The position numbers were made by a program, and so were the translations under genes. The notes under the pieces were generated by a model. That model was not told where the DNA came from, made no database searches, and worked only from the letters and a program-made list of their open reading frames with translations. Below are positions 1 through 7,394 of a stretch of DNA of 8,108 bases, piece after piece. The DNA lies in NCBI GenBank assembly GCA_043228905.1, contig JBHGNT010001462.1, forward strand, positions 1 through 8,108, written 5' to 3'. Every line of letters starts with the position of its first letter. The stretch's first letter is position 1. The DNA comes from Azolla caroliniana (Eukaryota; Plantae; Polypodiophyta).

Positions 1-1098
1 TCAATAATTTAAAAGACATCTAATATATTATTTATTATATGGTTTATGTATATATGAATTAGATTATTGCAAAGTTGACATCATCCAAAAATAAGCTCTT
101 GAAAATTTGTTAAGAATCATGGCCTTATGACTATTATACGAAGTCATGCAACCCTAATCACAACTTGCTCCTGAGTATTTATAAGAACAAATGTTTAGAA
201 TTATTTTGTAAATTATATACACATAGCATTACCATTCTAGGCAAAGGTTGTTTTATTACAAGGTGTTTTCAAAAGCAAAACTATAAGGTGATTTAAGTTG
301 ATCAAACATATTAACAAGGCCCCTAAGTGCATGATTAAAAATGGCCTATAATGATAAATTTGCTTTTAAGATTATGAATTGTTCATTTTGCGTTAAGAAG
401 CTTTCAAATCCTTCCCTAGAGATAGATAAGTAGAATCAACAATAAATCAACTCAAAGTATCTATATATCCCACTTTTCGATATTCTATTTCCATAAAAAA
501 GAACCAATGAGTTCTAAATTTCCAATTCCCAACCCATGAGCCCTCTCATTCCCATCGCTTCACTTATCAATTATAAATTCTCCAAATTTGGTAATACTTA
601 TTGAATGTCTAGATTAAATATCAGATCACACAATAAAAAAACGTCGTTACCAATTGCATGCAATTCATTACATAATAGTCATGCATGCAACACACTAGAC
701 TACTTCAATTGCATCCTTTCAGCAAAGTTTAGTTCCTTTAATGTTTCATTCTTGTTTAATCCATTAATTAATGTTTGAATAATACAATTGCTTTTCTTTT
801 TAATAGAACAAGGTTTTCGATGTCATTTAAAGTGCCAGACATGTTTTAAGTTGTCTGATCTTGGTTAAAACACCTGATTCCAAAGGCATCTTTGATTAAT
901 CCAAATGTTTTTGCCTAACCTTGTCCTAGATGGCATCCGCAAGTGAGTTTATTTGTGTTGTCTAGGACTGAAGTTAAATCTAGCATCTCATCTTGTGCAC
1001 CAAGGGTGAGGATCAAGCATTAGGATGCTATTTCTTCCAAAATTGTTTAGAATTGCATGATTTCTAAATGTTAACTTGACGTTAAAACAATAATTCAG

Positions 1099-1167
1099 TT
1101 TATTGTACATTGTGTGCATAAAGTTATGTATATTAAAAGGCAATAGTTTCCTCCAAATATCTTTATT
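1099..1167 (-). promoter_or_regulatory. Candidate polyadenylation signals (AATAAA at 1167-1162 and 1104-1099) for the monooxygenase gene
   Basis: Two AATAAA hexamers lie on the minus strand about 70 and 130 nt after the stop codon. The hexamer is common in AT-rich DNA, so support is weak. Confidence 0.3.
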
Positions 1168-1235
1168 TGATTTGGCAGTTTTCTACTAGAAATCTGTTTT
1201 GTTGTCTAGTATTAGGCAAAGGATAGAGATAGAAA

Positions 1236-1377
1236 TCAATATGCAATGGTCGGTATTTCAGAGCAATAAAGCCAATTATAGAACTCTTCTAACCTTTCAG
1301 GTGATCGTAACTGACTTTGTTTTGATACTTCCTTGCAACGAGGCACTCGGATTTCTTCATATTGCTCCAATGCACTC
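1236..1377 (-). CDS. Monooxygenase terminal exon: (R)SALEQYEEIRVPRCKEVSKQSQLRSPERLEEFYNWLYCSEIPTIAY*
   Basis: Acceptor atgtttgttttAG|G in phase 2, matching the upstream donor. Contains the AL..YE..R..R motif and ends with TGA at 1238-1236. Confidence 0.88.
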
Positions 1378-4300
1378 CTAAAACAAACATAAACGTTTCC
1401 ATCATATATGGCGAGCAAAGACAAAATTTAAAATATGAAATGAAAACTATATAGATCATAATGTTTATGATAGTTTCTGAGTAAATAAACCCCACTGTTA
1501 TAAAGGTCTTTCGAGTTTTTTTATTGAAAAATCACTTTTAACTTTCTCCAAAGTTCAAAGGAAAAGCAAGAAAACAATGAAGCACTTTTCCCGATTTCCT
1601 ATTCTCTTTTTTCTTACCTGTTTTAAGTGTAATAAGATACCAACTCCTTTATGCAAACAAATAATTTCCCATGGACTTTTTTTTTTTTTTTCTTGCCTCT
1701 TTTTAAGTGAAATAAGGTATCAACTTCTCTACATGCAAGCAAGGAACTAAACCTCTTATAGTATAGTTACGATGTGTGTGACGATCTCAACATGGCAAAA
1801 CTTATCACATTCCCCTTACGATTCCATGATCCAACACTCCATGTGTATGCATGCAAAGTCAAATCATGTGCTTCATAGGCTGATACCCAAATCAAAGGAG
1901 CATATGCATACATGTACATATGCTCTGTTTCTTTGTTTAGACAGTTCTAACATCTTTAGGCAGATATTCAACATTATTCTAGACATTTCAATGTAATCAT
2001 TTTTTCTTTTTGTCAGTTTTTTCCCATGCCTCAGAATGATGTGTCAAAATGATTCTTAGAAGAAAGAAAAAGAAAAGGTCAAAATGATTATAAAATGAAC
2101 TGATTATATCTAGAATTCTGAAACCTTTATCTCGAGCTTCAATCAATAATGCTGTGTATTACTGGAAGATGAAGAAGAAATAAATAAATAATGTCAAGAA
2201 TTCCTAAACCTTTTACCTCACACTGTCACATGATATCAAACAATTTGCAAGGTGTATGCCATCTTCAAAAGCAAGATTTGCTCCCTGACCCAGGGCTGGC
2301 GTGACAGCGTGAGCAGCATCTGATAGAAAAAAGAGTGCATACCATTTGCATATTTTCTTTTTTCTTCCCTTTCAAATACAGATACAAAAAACATGTCAAG
2401 TGTTTCCTATCACCTCCAAGAAGAACAGTTCTTCCCTTTGACCATGTCGACAATACTGGCAAGTCAAGCACTCGTCGCTCCAAAATAAGTTCTGGGTCCG
2501 TCACCTTTTCATTTGAAATTAGAAAATAGATAAAAAAGACCATCAATCAAGCATACATTTTTACAAAGATTTAGTAAATATTAATATAGTATAGCACAAG
2601 TTTAGATCATCTCTTAGAGAAGATCCCACTGGTTTTGGGATTGTGATTCAGAACATATTCATGGATATCAACACATGTTTAGATTATCGATCCCCCAGAT
2701 TTGTTGGGATTGAGATGAAGACATGCTTTCCGACATATCTTGAGAATAGAACTCTCACAATATGGCTGAGAAAATATGTTTAGAATTTTCTAATGAAAAT
2801 ATATTTCTAATCAATATGTGATATTTATTAAAACTACTTTTAATGCATTTTATTACTAGTTTTATGTCTCGAAGTGGGAACAATTTTGAAAATTGCCCAG
2901 ATGATGAAATTTTGTGACTATACACATCGTAATAAACCCACCTGGATGATGGACTGTGCAAGGCTAAACCCTTGAAAATACTCTAATACTCTTTCCTTTG
3001 CTTCTTCCAGTGTCTTTGATCTAATTTTTGTGCTTCCTTCACATGCCTCATCTTCAACACTGAATGCCCAGTACAGCAGCTTCTCCCTCAGTCCATTGAC
3101 AATAAAAACTGTTCGGCCATTAAACAAGGAAGAGTAGACGCCAGTTTCCAAACCCTAATACAAAACAAAAGAACCTTCATAAAAGGTCACAGAAAATTAG
3201 AAGTTCCTAGTTTAATGGCAAGATATCAGAACATGTAACAGATCAAGAATAGCAAGAATGAAATCCTCGTGCAGATTTCTTGATCTCAAAGAATGCAGAG
3301 CATTATTCTAACTTTTGTATATAAAAATATTTTAGGACATGAAATTGCATCATCATTTTCCAATGAAACTGTGGGCTGATATGTGATGTTGACGAATGTA
3401 AATATTGCGACTAATAATCATCTTTCTGATTTGAGTGGCAATCAGAATCCAGCAGAATAATTGTACCAGAAGTGACGATGCTCTTGTCAGGTATGTTCTT
3501 TGGCTGATTGCCTCGAAGAATATATGACAGTAATCCTGTGGATATGAACCACATCCGAAATTCTCGAATGAACTACATAGTAATAATTACTTTCATTTCC
3601 CATAATACCAAAGATTTTCAAAAGGATTTCCTAGATTACATTTATGATCTTCAATGATCATGAAGATCAACATATTTATCACATGAATTATAAAAAATAA
3701 TTAATATATTGACCAGTTTTCACAAAATGTCAAATTTAATGGATGTGTTGCTTCACTTTTTAAGAGCATTGTATTTTTCTTACTTTCACCGGATTATTGG
3801 AGAGTTGATTCGTGTCAATCACAGCTCGCCACATCATTCTCCCATTGTCCCGAGGTGGAATGTTACCAAAAAGAGCTGTTCTCACAACTGATCGTATCCC
3901 ATCTGCACCGATTATTAATGGTGCCTGCCATTGTCTTCGAAAGAAATCAGATTACAAAATATAACACAAGATTAAAGCCTTACCTAATACATATTCAAAG
4001 CTTTGATAATATTCAGACCTTATATAACACAACATCTTTCTTACATACAGCCAAATCTTCAGGGATATTTACTTCTAAAAGCCTTGCTAGGAGGCTGATG
4101 TACATCTTCCCAATCGTTTACAAGGTTAGTACATTCAATAATTTCCGATCTGACATATAAGTTAGTGCAAGTTGTATTCTTGTAATAGTTAAAGCTTAGA
4201 ATAATGACCCAAAATCAATGTGAGTATTAGTATCTTTTTTGCTAACCTCTTTTAGATGGTGACTAGAAAACCCCACGAAAACCCAACATAGTTCTAGTTG

Positions 4301-6761
4301 GTACGCATTCAGGTTATGTAATGTTAATGCTTAACTTCGAAACATCATATGATACATACATCTGTTAAAGACGAAGACAAGAATGCGAGCATAACTACCG
4401 AAAGATTATTATTTGAGTTTTACTCTTTGAGAATTCCCTTTCATAAATCATCAAAGTTGAATGTTGTGATTTACCTTAATGGAAATCTCTTCATTTTCTT
4501 TCTTGAAATGAGCCACAGCACCATCTTCTTCCTGAAAGAAGCACATTTCATTGTAAATGGCGTCATAGGTTTACTTTATACGCAGTAGAAATGTTTATCA
4601 GAAAAACCTAAAATGCTGTACAAAACCAAAAATATTACACTAATATGTAAACTGCAATTCTTCAGACCATATAAACGGACATCAATCTTATGTATAAAAT
4701 AGCCTGATTTATACCAGCAGCTATGAAAGCAGTAAATACTTTAACTTCAACTGAGTGAAAAATTGTTTGAGCAAAGCTCTGCTAAACACGGTACTTTATT
4801 AAGGTAAAGATTCAGAACATATTCTAATGGAATGTCCAAACGCTTGCATTCTACAATATAAATGCTACAAAGCAATTTCTTGAGAGTTTCAATAACTTCA
4901 TCAATCAAAGGGAAACTAGTTTATACTCATACAAGGGGTGGGGAGCCTTACATGTTACATGAGGGTTATGCATTAAATCAATTCTAGAAGCTTTGACAAA
5001 GACTTCCAAGTGACAATCCTCAATGAAAGGCAAAGAAAAAGGTAGATATATTATCATACTAATCACTTGTTATGAGTATGAAGATAATTTGAAAGTGGGA
5101 TCTCATCAGAGAAGTTATTCAAGCAGCTTCAAATAAGTAAAATAAACAGATAAATCAACCCCGGGATAACGTAGTTCTATATTTCCTTCCAAAGGACACT
5201 TCGGTGCACATTCTTATACATAGAATAGACTTCATTTGCAGTGCCCATTGTGTATTTATAATACCAAGCGTAAATGATGTCACAAGAGACAAACATGATG
5301 AACATTCTTATCCTTAGAATTGTGTTCATTTGCAGTGCCCATTGTGTACTTATAATACCAAGCATAAACGTTGTCACAAAAGACAAACATTACAAACACA
5401 GTGGGCTGCAAAGACAAAGGTAGAGATATTTTCATCCTAATCACTTGCTGTAAAAACATAGTTTGAAGATGAGGGGTCTCACCAGAGAAGTTACGTAAGC
5501 AGCTTCAGATCAGTAAAATAAAATGGATAAAGTGACCCCAGGATAATGTAGTCCCATATTTCCTTCCAAAAGAGAATTGAGTACAATTCTTATACATAGA
5601 ATTGCCTTCATTCCTTCCAGAAGAGAATTGAGTACAAATTCTTATACATAGAATTGCCTTCATTTGCAATGCTCATCAGATACTCATAATCCCAAGCATA
5701 AACGGTGTCACAAGAGGCAAACACAATGCATGGCCATTTATATCATATTTTTTTTGAAATACAAATTACTTTTGGTATAGGAATTACTTCCCGAACACAC
5801 ACACACGGATACACACATAATATCTTTTCCAGAGTTCAATACTCTTCCGCCTCTTTTTGGAATATTATAATTGTGGCAATTACATACCAATGCTGACTTG
5901 CCAATAACAAGATAGCAAGTAAAGAATAAGAATGTGTTTTTTTATTGAGGTTGAATTATAATTCATTGTTCGTGGATAGCATGTTAAGGGCTAGAGTGGT
6001 ATCCATTTTACTATTAATTGTAATTTCCAAATATTATGTATTTCGCCCAACTATGCATTATTACCCGATTGCATCCCATCTTTATATTTTGTGTTCATTC
6101 GTTCCAGCACCCAAATGCACCTATTTGTATATTTCATGTACGTTTGTTCCAGCGGATATTCTTCTGGCACTTTATACATACACCCCATTCTCTTGTTAAT
6201 ACAGAGGGGGTAATCATGCTGCTTATAGATTTGACTCTGCATAATCTACTGTGTTTCTGCACTCAGTTATTGAGCAATGGGTGCAAGGGTCTAGCAGATA
6301 ACTTAGCATACAAAGCAATCATGCATAAAAGTACCTCTGTGATGCCAATGCAATCGTAGCCTGTGTGCTGGCAACTATTCGGGAGAGTTTCCGAAAGTAT
6401 TCTCAATGCATCTTTCCATAATATAGCAATAAGTGGCTGCCCATATTTCTCTTCCATCTGAGTGCTAAGCTCCCACTCCCCAATCTTTGTGCCATCTGGA
6501 TAGACAATATTTGATGGCATGTTTAATGTTCCAGCACGACGCATCTACATAAGATTGTATAATTTTCACATCAAGAAATCACAAAGTGTAAATTTTAACA
6601 TTATTGTTCAAAGTATTTTCAAAACAACTAACAAGCTAATAGCAAAACCAAACCTTCTCCACTATTTCAGGATATGCTTCATTAAGAGCTCTACACCCAT
6701 TCGGGAAAATAGATATGAGTGTACCCTCCCCACCAGAAATCATGGGGCGCTTTTCATAAAC
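1236..6761 (-). CDS. Multi-exon group A FAD-dependent monooxygenase (FAD_binding_3; salicylate hydroxylase / zeaxanthin epoxidase-like), 5'-partial. join(6761-6654,6544-6335,4531-4475,3924-3784,3154-2942,2504-2414,2319-2217,1377-1236)
   Basis: Manual splicing gives an uninterrupted 354-aa frame. All introns are GT-AG, with phases 0,0,0,0,0,1,2. Family motifs occur in the correct order: VYEK (end of Rossmann beta-2), DG motif IIGADGIRSVVR, GD motif WSKGRTVLLG|DAAHAVTPALGQGANLAFEDG, and C-terminal ALEQYEEIRVPR. The GxGxxG exon was not found within the window. Confidence 0.93.
1604..1748. repeat. Imperfect tandem duplication with a period of about 80 nt, including a T15 run (1677-1691), in the last intron
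   Basis: ttttaagtgtaataagataccaactcc (1621) matches ttttaagtgaaataaggtatcaacttc (1701). Each copy is preceded by a T-rich tract ending tctt(a/g)cct and followed by atgcaa(a/g)caa. Confidence 0.8.
2217..2319 (-). CDS. Monooxygenase exon with GD motif: (D)AAHAVTPALGQGANLAFEDGIHLANCLISCDSV(R)
   Basis: Acceptor ttttttctatcAG|AT and donor AG|GTAAAA; 103 nt, phase 1/2. Contains the DAAH..P..GQG.N...ED signature. Confidence 0.93.
2414..2504 (-). CDS. Monooxygenase exon: VTDPELILERRVLDLPVLSTWSKGRTVLLG(D)
   Basis: Acceptor aatgaaaAG|GTG and donor GGA G|GTGATA; 91 nt, phase 0/1. WxxGRxxLLG is the first half of the GD motif. Confidence 0.88.
2595..2730. repeat. Degenerate direct repeat, offset about 67-77 nt, each unit containing an ATCCC...GGGAT mini-hairpin
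   Basis: cacaagtttagatcatc...gatcccactggttttgggattgtgat (2595-2647) matches cacatgtttagattatcgatcccccagatttgttgggattgagat (2672-2716). Confidence 0.55.
2942..3154 (-). CDS. Monooxygenase internal exon, 71 aa: GLETGVYSSLFNGRTVFIV...LYWAFSV...FQGFSLAQSIIQ
   Basis: Acceptor ttttgttttgtattAG|GGT and donor CAG|GTGGGT; 213 nt, phase 0/0. Confidence 0.9.
3784..3924 (-). CDS. Monooxygenase exon with DG motif: APLIIGADGIRSVVRTALFGNIPPRDNGRMMWRAVIDTNQLSNNPVK
   Basis: Acceptor tggcAG|GCA and donor AAA|GTAAGA at 3783; an alternative in-frame donor CCG|GTGAAA lies at 3789. Contains the GADG motif. Absent from the ORF track. Confidence 0.92.
4475..4531 (-). CDS. Monooxygenase small exon, 19 aa: EEDGAVAHFKKENEEISIK
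   Basis: Acceptor gcttctttcAG|GAA and donor AAG|GTAAAT; 57 nt, phase 0/0. Supplies the 'dgV.v.f.dG' strand expected just before the DG motif. Absent from the ORF track. Confidence 0.85.
4696..4850 (+). mobile_element. Probable decayed LINE ORF2 C-terminal zinc-finger remnant in an intron
   Basis: Frameshifted pieces in order: KIA*F (4696-4710), TSSYE (4713-4727), AVNT, EQ(R)LC (4769-4782) and KDSEHILMECP (4806-4838). They resemble the 'iA.fR.ssH.L.vetgR....eqRlC..C...EdeeHfl.eCp' tail of RTE-like LINEs. Recognised by eye only. Confidence 0.5.
5030..5723. repeat. Intronic imperfect tandem duplication (offset about 378 nt) with nested internal duplications
   Basis: Copy A starts gcaaagaaaaaggtagatatatt (5030) and copy B starts gcaaagacaaaggtagagatatt (5408); they are collinear through tgtcacaagag(a/g)caaaca. 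Copy A has an 89-nt internal duplication (5208-5296 / 5302-5390). Copy B has a 51/52-nt one (5560-5610 / 5611-5662). Confidence 0.92.
5795..5806. repeat. (AC)6 microsatellite
   Basis: Read directly from the sequence. Confidence 0.7.
6335..6544 (-). CDS. Monooxygenase internal exon, 70 aa: MRRAGTLNMP...YGQPLIAILWKDALRILSETLP...CIGITE
   Basis: Acceptor atgtAG|ATG and donor GAG|GTactt; 210 nt, phase 0/0; follows a 109-nt intron. Confidence 0.9.
6654..6761 (-). CDS. Monooxygenase internal exon, 36 aa: VYEKRPMISGGEGTLISIFPNGCRALNEAYPEIVEK
   Basis: Acceptor tctgtctttttcacAG|GTT and donor AAG|GTttgg; 108 nt, phase 0/0. Matches the VxE...G..I...PNG..AL segment of group A flavin monooxygenases. Confidence 0.9.
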
Positions 6762-6843
6762 CTGTGAAAAAAGACAGAAAGCATAACAGCTCATAAAAAA
6801 AGGAAATATTCCTCCAAAAAACTTGCCATTTATCATAGTTTTT

Positions 6844-6861
6844 ATCAAGATCAAGATCAAG
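6844..6861. repeat. (ATCAAG)3 short tandem repeat
   Basis: Read directly from the sequence. Confidence 0.7.
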
Positions 6862-7394
6862 ATAGAAGAAAGTTTGCAGTCTAGAATGATATATTGTGTA
6901 AAGTAATGATATGGCTAACAGAGACATGTTAACTGTTCAAGATTTAGAGAAAGAAAGAAAGATATATCAACGTAAGTCCATTTCCAGAGAGATGATGACA
7001 AAGTTTTCCTACATTGAACACAGTTAGATTTGACATATTGTACTTTTTCTCACCTGTACATCTTGGACACTTCCTCACTTGAACTCTTTCTCCTAGAGCT
7101 CTCTTAGCCATCAAAATATGCAGTTACAATAATATGACTGTCCTAAACAACAGGAGTGGGTGCAGCAGTGCCAAGACACTCACAGAAGTCTGACCACACA
7201 CTATTTCCACTCTCTGGGTTCAGCCTCATCATTAAACATTGTCATCATGTTTGGGTGAGCTGTCCACAATAACCCTTTAATGAGGAGAAATTTATGCATA
7301 TAGCATTTCTTATATCACCACATATCCTTGGTAGTCTTGTTCAGTAATCGGGTAGTTCTTTCATCGACATACTAGAATCCATTCTAGTTTTAGT

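Noticed and set aside
1176-1210. Helitron 3' end (hairpin at 1176-1196 followed by CTAG|T at 1206-1210)
   Set aside because: The hairpin is AT-rich rather than GC-rich, lies within about 30-60 nt of the stop codon, and no matching 5' TC terminus can be defined.
1199-2961. ORFs 1199-1381, 1289-1495, 1772-1996, 2335-2529 and 2755-2961
   Set aside because: They are antisense or out-of-frame overlaps with exons, or chance intronic ORFs. Only parts of 1236-1424 and 2265-2546 are real exon sequence.
3483-3497. Strong + strand splice donor CAG|GTATGT suggesting an antisense gene
   Set aside because: It is an isolated site with no supporting exon chain or coding signal on the + strand.
3709-4588. 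+ strand ORFs 3709-3891, 3855-4160 and 4349-4588
   Set aside because: They are antisense shadows of real minus-strand exons and introns, with no homology signal.
5177-5386. 69-aa minus-strand ORF inside the tandem repeat
   Set aside because: It arises from the 89-nt internal duplication, has no recognisable domain and shows no splice compatibility with the gene.
5208-5662. Four recurring ATTCTTATACATAGAAT palindromic cores as a CRISPR-like array
   Set aside because: Spacing is irregular, the intervening sequences are themselves duplicated rather than unique spacers, the context is a eukaryotic intron, and there are no cas genes.
5655-5685. Hammerhead ribozyme cores at CTGATGA motifs (minus strand about 5679 and 5109; plus strand about 7905)
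   Set aside because: None is followed by stem II plus GAAA, and the motif is not conserved among repeat copies.
5705-6359. ORFs 5705-5896, 5945-6199, 6036-6359 (+) and 6051-6242 (-) as genes
   Set aside because: They are short, overlapping and intronic, with AT-driven composition and no recognisable motifs.
1236-6761. Naming the gene ZEP/ABA1
   Set aside because: There is no C-terminal FHA extension, and the motifs differ from ZEP (GPIQIQSNA, GDSIHAMQPNMGQGG). Only family-level assignment is supported.
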